From: Malacoraja senta
Lineage: Eukaryota
DNA length: 64,000 nt
NCBI GenBank assembly: GCA_038087875.1
Contig: JAXLNO010000110.1
Span: forward strand, 620,001-684,000
Direction: 5' to 3'
Positions 48,001 through 58,505 of this stretch are shown one piece after another. The notes beneath the pieces were generated by a model. The model did not search any database. It was not told the origin of the DNA and worked only from the letters and a program-made list of their open reading frames with translations. How positions within the stretch are numbered: the stretch's first letter is position 1; each line of letters opens with the position of its first letter. The position numbers and the translations under genes were made by a program.

Positions 48001-51000
48001 ACAGCCTCAGAATAAAAGGACGTACCTTTAGGAAGGAGATGAGGAGGAATTTCTTTAGTCAGAGGTTGGTAAATCTGTGGAATTCGTTGCCACAGACGGC
48101 TGTGGAGGCCAAGTCAGTGGATAGTTTTAAAGCAGAGATAGATAGATTCTTGATTAGTATGCATGTCAGGGGTCATGGGAAGAAGGCAGGAGAATGGGGT
48201 TAGGAGGGAGAGATAGATCAGCCATGATTGAATGGCAGAGTAGACTTGATGGACTGAATGGCCTAATTCTGCTTCTATCACGTATGAACTCAGCAGGTCA
48301 GGCAGCATCGGTGGAGGGAGTGGGCATGTTGATGTAGTTGGGGGGGGAGGGGAAGCTGGAAAGGAGAATTGAGATGGGAAAAAGCCTGGCAAGTGATAGC
48401 AGATGCTGCTATCTTGCGTAGAACACAGGAGTGCTGGAGTAACTCAGCGGGTCAGGCAGCACCTCTGGAGGACATGGAAAGGTGACGATTCGGATCGGGA
48501 CCCTTCAGGTGAGGGCATTTGATTAGCAATGGGTGGAGTAAGTGACAATGGTCAGCGGTGGAAAAAGAGATAAAAGGGTGTCAGAAAAGGAGAGAAGAGG
48601 GGGCGTGAAATGTAAAGCCGGGGGGGGGGAATATAGGTGCAAGGGGACTGGGAGAGGAGGGACAATGGGGTCTCGGGGGTGGGAGGTGAATTTGCAAAGC
48701 TGGGGAAACGAGCGGACTGAAGATTTGAGACAGCCAAATGCTAGAAAATGAATCTTAATTTTAAACTTCAAGTATGTGGGTACAAATGTTATTAACTGCA
48801 GCATGCTTGTACAAGCAAGATATATGACAGTGCTATACCTTCCTGGTAGCCCTTCTGTTAAAAACAAGAACGTGGTGCTTTAAAAAAAAATGTTTGTTGC
48901 ACCTTTGGTCTCCCTCTGGACAGTTATAATTGATGTTTACCCTTGCTGTAATCTCCCCTGACAATTCTGGGTTTCTGTTAACAAGCGGGCCAGTGCAGGG
49001 CTTACAACAGTATGTAGCTTGTATCTAGTTTAGTTTAGAGATACAGCGTGGAAACAGGCCCTTCGGACCAGCGAGCCCCGCACACTAACACTATCCTACA
49101 CACACGAGGGACAATTTTATACATACACCAAGCCAATTAACCTACATACCTGTACGTCTTTGGAGTGTGGGGGGAAACTGAAGATCTCGCAGAAAACCCA
49201 CGTAGTCACGGCGAGAACGTACAAACTCCGTATAGACAGCACCTGGGTCTCAAGCGCTGTAAAGCAGCAACTCTACCGCTGTGCCACCATTTCTGCTGCA
49301 GAAAACATCAGCACCAAATCTTCCTCCATTAAAAGTTCAGAATTTCACCGGAGTAGAATTAGGCCATTCGGCCCATCAGGTCTACTCTGGCGTTCAATCA
49401 TGGCTGATCTATCTTTACTTAGTCATAGAGTGATACAGTGTGGAAACAGGCCCTTTGGCCCAACTTGCCCACATCGACCAGCATGTCCCAGCTACACTAG
49501 TCCCACCTGCCTGCGCTTGGTCCATAACCCTCCAAACCTGTCCTATCCATGTACATGTCTAACTGTTTCTTAAATGTTGGGATAGTTCCAGCCTCAACTA
49601 CCTCCTCCGGCAGCTTGTTCCATGCACCCACCTCTCTTTGTGTGAAAAAGTCACCCCTCAGATTCCTATTAAATCTTTTCCCTTTCACCTTGAACCTATG
49701 TCCTCTGGTCCTCGATTCCCCTACTCTGGGCAAGAGATTCAGTGTATTTACTTCTCAACCCCTTTCTCCTGCCTTCTCCCATAACCCCTGACACCTGTAC
49801 TAATCAATAATCTATATATCTCTGCCTTACAAATATCCACTGACTTGGCCTCCCCAGCCTATTGTGGCAATGACCTCCACAGATTCACCACCCTGACTAA
49901 AGAAATTCCTCCTCATCTCCTTCCTAAAGGAACGTTCTTCTGGCTGTCAGCACTGCTAGGTCCCTCAGCCAGACTATGCACTGCTGAATGTGTTCCTTTG
50001 TTGCCTATCCACAGCTAGTTCACCACATGATCAGACAATGTTCCCTATGGAAGGGTCAAGTCTCAATCTGCAAACAAGCACAAAATCCAAGCTACAGATG
50101 CAGGTTTGAATTGAGATATGCATAAGGGTGGCACGGCCGTGGAGTTGCTGCCGAACCCGGGTTCGATCCCAACTACGGGTGCTGTCTGTACGGAGTTTGT
50201 ACGTTCTACCTGTGACCACGTGGGTTTTCTCTGGTTGCTCCGGTTTCCACCCACACTCCAAAGACGTGTAGGTTTGTCGGTTAATTGGCTTGTTAAAAGT
50301 GTAAATTGTCTCAAGTGTGTGTAGGATAGTGCTAGTGCGCAGAGATCACTGGTCGGAACGGACTAGGTGGGCCGAAGGGCCTGTTTATCCGCTGAACCAA
50401 ATATGCATCTTTTTTAGTTGAGTGACAAAATTGCATTCTGTATCTCACTGAAATTGTACCAGAGATAACATTTGAAGTTTGTTTACTGTCTTAAGTATAG
50501 CCCCCAGATTCTGTTCAATTTTAATTGAGAAGGCTACACATATCACCAATGTCACTGAACAATCTCCAGTTATTGTGCTTTTGAAGTGTTTTAAAACATT
50601 TCCTGTTCATGGTGTCCTACGGTTATACCACATGGAAACAGGCCCTTTGGCCTGTATTGGCCCATGCTGACCAAGTTGACATACTGTGCTCGTCCCATTT
50701 GCCTGCATTTGCCCCACATCCCTCCGAAACCCTTCTGATCCATATATCTTGCTAAATATCTTTTAAGCGTCGTGATTGTACCTGCTTCAATAGCTTCTTC
50801 TGGCAGCTCATTCCTGATGCAGGCTGCTCAATGAGTAAAAATGTTGACCCTGAGGTCCCAGTTAAATATTTCTCCTCTCGCCCTAATCCTGTGGCCTCTA
50901 GATTTAGAATCCTCTACCATGTGGGAGACAAAGTAGGAGCTGTTTTGCCGAATGAACTGTGGCAGGCAAGCTGTGCATTACACCTGCCCTAATAATTCTT

Positions 51001-52090
51001 GGTGGCTCTGTCCAATACTGTAGGTGGCGCAGTGAAGCATATTGCTGTTAATACCTGATCCTACTGCTCATGATGTCAATTCTACCCCTCTCACATCTCC
51101 TGACATTATACCTTGTTGTGACAGTTCCAAAGCTCTTCCATGTTTGGAGGGACATCAAACACTTGTTCACTAACCTTTTTGGTGGATGTTGGTGGAACAA
51201 TATATTAGCTGTCCATGCGCTGGGTTAGCCCTCTGTCTTTTGTTTAGTTTTTGACACAAGGAGTGGAAACAAGCCCTCCGGCCAGTCCACGCTGACCAGC
51301 GATCCCCACACTAACACAGTCCTGGGGACAATTTACAATTTTACCAAGCCAGTTAGCCTTCAAACCTTTGGACTGTGGGAGGAAACCGGAGCACCCGGAG
51401 AAAACCCACGCAGGTCACGAGGAGAATGTGCAAACTCCTCACAGACAGCACCCGTAGTCAGGATGGAACCCGGGTCTCTGGCGCTGTAAGGCAGCAAGTC
51501 TGCGCCACCGTGCCACCCTCAAAATTCTCTCCAAAGACATGAGCATCGATCTGTTGAACTCATTCAAGCACAAGGGGATATAATAGTAAGATTAAACGAG
51601 AACTTACCAGTTTGAAGTTTGATCTTTATTTTATGAGGAGTTACGATGAGGGATTACGTGAAGAACCCGTCAGCACGCATGCGCGTCAACCTTCAAAGCA
51701 GCGGTGTGGAGTCACAGACAGGAAACATTGACCTGAGAATAGTAAGATTCGAGAAACTAGAACTACCAGCTGAGTTTTATGAGGAGGGGTTGGGAGCGGA
51801 GGGCACGTAATCCCTCATCGTAACTTCTCATAAAATAAAGATCAAACTTCAAACTGGTAAGTTCTCATTTAATCTTACTATTTTACTTCGGAATCACGTG
51901 AGTGACTACGTGAAGATTTTAAAGCTCTGTGACTTCATGCCGTGGAAACGAGTCCATGCGTCACACACTGTATAGTTGACCAATGGAGAGTGGACAAAAA
52001 GGAGACTGTTCAGTCATGACATAAATGAAACAAATTGACAATTTATTGTACAAAGAAAACAACAATAGTCACCTCTCTACCCGAGAGGGA

Positions 52091-53300
52091 CTATAAACCC
52101 GAACTTAAAACTGAGTTCGCAAACACACTCGATCTGGCTAAAGGTTTGTTATAGAACGTATGAAAGGTCCGTTCTGAGGACCATCCTGCGGCCGATAAAA
52201 TCTGGTCTAGCAGGACGTCCATGACCCTCGCTGCGGACGTAGCTGCAGCCCTGGTGGAATGAGATTTAAACATACGAGTATCAACCCCAGCATCTGCCAG
52301 AACCTGTTTTAGCCACCTGGAAATGGTCTGGTCAGGTAGAAGGTACAGGAGCCTGAAGACTGCAATGACCAGGTTCAGGAACAGCTACTTCCCCACAGCC
52401 ATCAGGCTATTAAACCTGGCTCGGACATAACACTGAACTTTACTAGCCAATACTGTTATTTGCACTTTATCAGTATATTGACCATTGTGTATATATTTAT
52501 AGAATGCCTTGTAGTAAATGCCTACTATGTTCTGTTGTGCTCAAGCAAAGCAAGAATTTCATTGTCCTACCAGGGACACATGACAATAAACTCACTTGAC
52601 TTGACTTGAGCTGAAACCCTATTATGTGGTTTCTTGTGGCTGACCAATAATGATAACTCAGACCCCCAAGTCCCTTGGTAACCTTGATGTATTGCTGGAG
52701 GTGAGCAACTACACATATTTTAGGATCCGAAGGGTATGCCATGAACTGTAATTTAAGACCCGAAGTGCCTGGTCTACTCTGTTTAATAGGGTCGTACACA
52801 AAAAAGGTGAAACCACTGGCAGAGGTGAGCATCCTGTCCAGTCGTAGCTTCTGCAACGACTGGACCCTTTGAGCTGACACTAAAGCCATAAGCATGGTCA
52901 CCTTATGCATGAGCCGGAGTAGAGACAGTGATGTAACTGGAGACCATGACCGAAGTAGAGTTAGGACCACCCCTACATCCCAAATTTCAGTGTATCTGGG
53001 CGTAGGAGGGTTCGAATTGAAGACTCCCCTCATGAACCTAGAAACTAAAGGGTGAGATCCCACAGACTGGTGTTCTGAACTAGGCAGCAAGTATGACGAC
53101 AGCGCACTTCTGGCACAATTTAGAGAACTATAGCTTAATTTCTCATCGAAATGCAATTTAGAGAGGAAATCCAAAACATCCGTAATGTGCGCTGCGTCAT
53201 ACGAGATATCGGACTGCTTACAGAACACTTCCCATTTCCTTATTCATGAGGCATACTGTTTTTGGGTACTGTTCCTCCAGGCCGCAGTTAGCACATCCAC
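52091..53300 (-). pseudogene. DIRS1 tyrosine recombinase, split by a LINE insertion
   Basis: N-terminal SYSSLNCARSALS and HPLV.RFMRG. Catalytic R in AQRVQSL, then HSTR and AGWSS..TF..FY. Confidence 0.9.
52331..52608 (+). mobile_element. Rex1/Babar-like LINE 3' fragment inserted in the DIRS YR gene
   Basis: Encodes SGRRYRSLKTAMTRFRNSYFPTAIRLLN, followed by AATAAA and a (CTTGA)n tail. Removing it restores the YR sequence VSAQTISRWLK. Confidence 0.8.
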
Positions 53301-53338
53301 CGTACGATCAGCTAGTCCCAATCCGAGGAAAGGTCTTC

Positions 53339-55230
53339 TCAAAACCTGCAAATCAATAAGTTCAGCCGATCATGCAGAGGATGTACTTCACCAGAAATGG
53401 GATGAGTTAGCAGAGACCTGCTTTTGGGAACCGTCATGATAGGTTCTATAACCATGCACAGAACAAGAGGATACCATGGCTGAGTGGGCCAGTCAGGGAC
53501 TACCAGAACACCGGAGGCAGAGTCCTGCTGAATTTTTTGCAGACATCGACTGACAAGGCAGAATGGGGGGAATGCATAGAAAAACATTCCACCCCAATGT
53601 AGCGAGAACGCATCAACCGCTACTGCCCCTGGGTCTGGCTCCCATGCAACATACTTCGGTAACTGATGATTTAATCTTGAAGCGAGCAAATCCATATCTA
53701 GACACAATATTCTTAAATACTCTATGATTCAACATCCATTCTGTGTTGTCATTGAATTTACGTGACCTGGTGTCCGCCACCGTGTTGAACCTACCTGGGA
53801 GGTAGGTAGCTGAAACCCAAATATTACGAATGATGCACCAGTGCCAAATGAGGTTAGCCAATTTATCACAGGATACTGATCTGATTCCACCCATGTGATT
53901 TATGTATGCCACCTCTGTGGTGTTATCTATCTGTAATTGAACATGCAGATGGTGCATGTGCCCACAATAAGCCTTCAGACCATAGAGGGCTGCGAGCAAT
54001 TCCGAATAGTTAATACCATGCACCTGCAGAAAAGATAGTTCATGCACATTCCATCTGCCACCGCAGCTAGAAACGGTGTCAGTGTCACCCCACCCTAGAG
54101 CACTGACATCAGTCTGTAAAATAACAGAAGGACTTTCAATTGAGATATTGCCAGAACAATGCAAAATATTGGCTTTCCACCACTGCAGCCAGTAATTGCA
54201 TAGCCCTATCAAAGTGGCCCAAATTATGTTTAAGTGCCTGCACCTTAGCTCTTTGTAATTGCTGATAGTGCAAAGGTCCATATTTAGCTGCAGGAAAGGC
54301 AGCCACCAATTTACCAATTAAACTGGCCACTTGCCGAATTGAAGGCAGCTGCTGCGTAATAAGATGATGGCAGGCTTCTATTAACTTCAATCCCTTGCCC
54401 TGAGGCAAAGTCACAGACAGGTGATTGGAGTTAACAGTAAATCCCAAATAATCCATAACTGTGGATGGAGTCAAACTGGATTTTTCTGGGTGAATTAGGA
54501 ACCCCAACCTTTCAAATACAAGCTTGGTGGCTGAGACCGCCGAAATAGCCAATTCTAAAGTTTTTCCTACTATGAGGATATCATCCAAATAAGCCATTAC
54601 TATGTGTTTTTGCGCTCGTAATAGAGCAAGAGCAGGTTTCAATATTTTATTGAATAACCTTGGAGCTGAGGATAACCCATTAGGCAACGCTTTAAGCTGC
54701 CATAGCTGCCCCATCCAGTAAAATTTTAAGTATTTCCTGTGGTCCTTATGAACAGGCACCGAGTAATAAGCATCTTTAAGATCGATGCATGCCATGTAAC
54801 ATCCCTTGGAAATCAATTGTTTGACAGTAACAAAGCTTTCCATTTTGAAATGTTTGTACTGCACATAGGTTGGGTCAGGTCCAAGATGATGCAGCACCCC
54901 CCATCCTTCTTTTGCCTAGTGAATATGTTAGATACAAATTGGTGAGGTTCATAATTAGATTTTTCAATTACCCTTTTTGCACATAATTTCTCTATTTCAG
55001 CCTGAACTTCCAAACCATCCTGTTTTGAACGAACAAAGGTACGGTTTGGGGCATGCTGCGTGGGTGGCAGTGAGCCAGAGAACTCAATTTTGAACCCATC
55101 TATACTGCGCAGTATGAACAAGTCAGATGTTATCCACCACCATTCATGCAAAAAGAAACGTAACCTACCACCAACATGCAATAGACTCATACCCCGTATG
55201 TTCCATAGCGAACCAGACCCACCTACCTCC
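53339..55230 (-). pseudogene. DIRS1 pol: reverse transcriptase, RNase H and methyltransferase-like domain, frameshifted
   Basis: RT motifs VGGRLRFF, KHFKME, DLKDAYY, LPNGLSSAP and YLDD. RNase H motifs TDVSALGWG, INYSELLA and DNTT.VAYINHMGG. C-terminal DLLASRLNHQLPKY...DAFSLHW...YAFPPF...PDWPTQPWYP. Confidence 0.9.
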
Positions 55231-55255
55231 ATAGTTATTGGTGGATTCTGGACGT

Positions 55256-56460
55256 TCATTTTTTCCCCCGTTGTTTGGGAAATTGAGGTGCTGGAGTGCG
55301 CCAGCTGCGCATCTTCATTGTCGGCCAGCTTGGGCCATGTCCTAAAAAAGACTTCCTGCCGGTTCTTTCGGTCCTCGAGGTGGAGGTGGTTTCTGCAGAC
55401 CGTCTGGTGCTGGTAGTGGCATAGGGGTGCTGGCGTTGAAATGACGACTGTCTGTTCACTTGTGGAGCCCGAAGTAGCCCCACAGCCTTCGACTCGTCGT
55501 CGAGTTCCTTCACCTGCTTCTCCAAACAGCAAATTGGGCGGCTGCACATTGCTGGGCTTGCACAACCCCGCAAACCTGGGGTTGAGAACGGGACGAATGG
55601 CATTCTTGCGAAAGCAATTAATTTCAAAGTATGCGTTGCACAACAATGCCATTGCGTCCCGTTGCGCCTCAGATAAAGCGCTGCCGTCCACAGACCTGGC
55701 GAATGCTGTCACCCTTGACGCCAGCAGATTTAGAATTCTTTGAAGCTTGACCTCTTGGGTCTTAATACCACCACCAATGTAGCTCCAAATGAAACTATTC
55801 ACCGACGGTACCTTGAGGGAGGCGCAGTTGCTGGGCGTGTGGTACCTGAGGGCTGTCTCCATCATCACCTGCTCTTGAAGCTGGTGGGAAGCGAGGTAAT
55901 TAATACTGGCCGCCTGCTCTTCGTCCAGCGGCTCCCCAACCAGCAACGGCATAGCGAACTTGGAGACCATAGATGGCACCTCTGCTGCTTGCGGTTCCCG
56001 AGTCGAGGGACGCTCCTTCTCACTACAAAGCGAGTTCGCTCAGGAATGGTGGTCTACACTCCCATCCTCGGATGGGGAGACGTAATGCAGCCCTGCACCA
56101 GGCGCTGCTGCGGGCCCCCGAGACCCGCTCTGATATGACTCCAGCATATCATGTTGGAGCATCTTCTCCATCATATGCTGAACTCGGGAAAGGCGTCCTA
56201 CAACGCTCCCCGCTGGAGGAGGTGAACCCTCCCTGCCGGACTCGTCGGAGTCCACTGGCCTGATGGACTTGCACTTTGCTTTCCCACCCCGCGGGGTAGC
56301 CACAGTGCTGTCCATGGGCACCAAGCCCAAAGTCGCTGGCAGTGGAGTCAGCGACCGCGAAGGTGAAACGGACTGCCGCCCGCTGACCGCAATCCCGCGG
56401 TCTTCAGAAGCGGTTCTCCCTGCAGCCCGTCGAGACTTTCCCCTCGTGTAATCCATGATA
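55256..56460 (-). pseudogene. DIRS1 ORF1 (gag-like), frameshifted
   Basis: Consecutive ORF pieces (56040-56504, 54813-55979, 55256-55627) upstream of RT contain PSNCASLKVPSVN...IW and R.AIRPVLNP.F..LC, which resemble DIRS gag. The assignment is mainly positional. Confidence 0.65.
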
Positions 56461-58317
56461 GTCCGTTCTTGAGCTGTAACAAGAACGGAAGACAAAACGA
56501 CCACAGACTAAGTTCAAGAACTTACCTGGAGGTTCTTTTAAACTTACCGCTGGTGGAGCGACGCGCCAACAGCCAGTCAGAGCGACATGCTTAGACGTAA
56601 TGACGCGCATGCGTGCTGTCGGGTTCTTGACGTTGTCACTCACGTAACTCCGAAGTAAAATGTCACACAGTTGTTACGTGCTCAGAGGGCAACGGGTCCA
56701 AGGAAGTAGAACTACGTACTTGCTCTGCTCTTTGTGATGGGACAATGACCTTTATTTGATGATGCTCTTGTGTCTATTCTCTGTACCCTTTCCAGCTGAG
56801 AACAAAGGGAGAACCTCGTGTAGGGGCCACCGAGAATATAGAAGGATGCGGTGTGGGGGGGGGGGGGCGAGGGGGGTGACAGAGAAGGGATGAGTACTAT
56901 GAAAGTGAAAGGCTTGAATAGATTGGATGTGGAGAGGATGTTTGCACTAGTGGGAGAGACTAGGACTAGAGGGCACAGCCTCAGAATTAAAGGACGTTCT
57001 TTTAGGAAGGAGATGAGGGGAAATTTATTTCATCAGAGGGTGGTGAATCTGTGGAATTCTTTGCCACAGAAGGCTGTGGAGGCCAAGCCAGTTGATATTT
57101 TTAAGGCAGTTAGATTCTAGATTAGTACGGGTGTCAGAGGGTTTATGAGGAGAAGGCAGGACAATGGGGTTAGGAGGGAGAGATAGATTAGCCATGATTG
57201 AATAGCGGAGTAGACTTGATGAGCCGAATGACCTAAATCTTCTCCCATCCCTTGTGACTTTTTATGACTTTATTGCTATCTTTGTGGCGACTCTTTTGTG
57301 TACTTTGTATGCAAAACCAAAAATGTTCACTGTACCTCGCAAGGTACAAGTGACAATAATGTATGACACACAATGCCTGAATAACTCAGTTGGACAGGCA
57401 GCATCTCTGGAGAGCAGGAATGGGTGACGTTTCGCATCAAGACCCTTGTTCAGATTCTGAAGAAATTCTTCAGGGTCTGAAGAAGGGTCTCGATCCGAAG
57501 CGTCACCCATTCTTTCTCTCCAGAGATGCTACCTGTCCAACTGAGTTACTATCTTCAGTGTTAACCTGCATCTGCAGTTGCTTCCCTGACTATAAAATAT
57601 CATAAATATTTGGTAGAGGAAGAACACTTTCCTTCTATCCGTAGAAGCTCCTACTGTTTGTTTTGATACCAGTTGCCATTTTACCCACAATCAATATTCT
57701 CGCATGCTGTCGGCTTTTTAGCCTCCTATGGATTACAGCGTGGGACAGGCCATTCAGCTCGATTGTCCATGCCGGCCAAGTTGCCATACCGAGTTGGTCG
57801 CACTTTGCTTGCGCCTTGCCCATTTCCCAACAGACCTTTTCCTATCCACTCACCTGTCCAAGTGTTTAGTTTAGTTTATTATTATCGCGTGTACAGTGAA
57901 AAGCTTTTTAGTTGCGTGCTCTCCAGTCAGCGGAAAGACTATACATGATTACAGCCGAGCCGTCCACAGTGTACAGATACAGGATAAAGGGAATAACGTT
58001 TAGTCCAGGGCAAAGTTCCATTAAAGATAGAGGGTCTTCAATGAGTGTCTCCAAGTGTCTTTTAGATGTCGTAATTGTACCCAGCTGTACCACCTCCTCT
58101 AAAGTATCCTCCTAACCCCTTTACACCTCAATCCAAGCTGTTTATACCTGACATTTATCTGCTTTTTTTTCTTGTCGAAAGTCTTTTGTCATCCAGGTTT
58201 CCCTAATCTTGCCTTTACTCTTCACAGGAACATTCTGGCTATGAAACCATCCGATCTCACTTTTAAAAGCCTCCCACTCACCAGGCATCTCTTTATCTGC
58301 AAATAGCTTTCCACAGT

Positions 58318-58505
58318 TGGGTGGCACGGTGGTGCAGCGGTAGAGTTGCTGCCTCACAGTGCCAGAGACCCGGGTTTGATCCTGACTACGGGTGCTGTCT
58401 GTACAGACTTTGTACTTTCTCCCTGTGACCGCGTGGGTTTTCCCCAGGTGCTCCGGTTTCTTCCCACATTCCAAAGTTCAATTGGCTTCGGTAAAGATTA
58501 TAAAT
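58318..58505 (+). mobile_element. tRNA-derived V-SINE (HE1-like), representative copy; more than 15 copies in the window
   Basis: Pol III A box TGGTGCAGCGG and B box GGTTTGATCC, followed by the V-domain-type GTACGTTCTCCCCGTGACC.CGTGGGTTT..GGTTTCCTCCCAC. Other copies are at about 1-140(-), 2910-3180, 10655-10880, 17680-17955, 31540-31825, 32480-32785(-), 33405-33685, 40830-41105, 45925-46335(-), 49025-49290(-), 50125-50390, 51240-51520(-) and 59370-59668(-). Confidence 0.85.

Larger units (their letters stand above)
51582..56660 (-). mobile_element. DIRS1-type tyrosine-recombinase retrotransposon; full-length structure, decayed ORFs
   Basis: On the - strand it has gag-like, RT (YLDD), RNase H, methyltransferase-like and tyrosine recombinase coding blocks. 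Inverted terminal repeats pair 51656-51688 with 56601-56633. An internal complementary region at about 51804-51916 matches both ends. The 5' end starts TTTTAC. Confidence 0.93.

Noticed and set aside
52091..53707. Phage or bacterial contamination suggested by integrase-like and methylase-like ORFs
   Set aside because: Both are normal DIRS1 domains lying within the element's terminal repeats and surrounded by vertebrate SINEs and LINEs.
58318..58400. tRNA-like sequences with A and B boxes (many copies)
   Set aside because: They are the heads of V-SINEs, always followed by the SINE body, and do not form complete cloverleaves.
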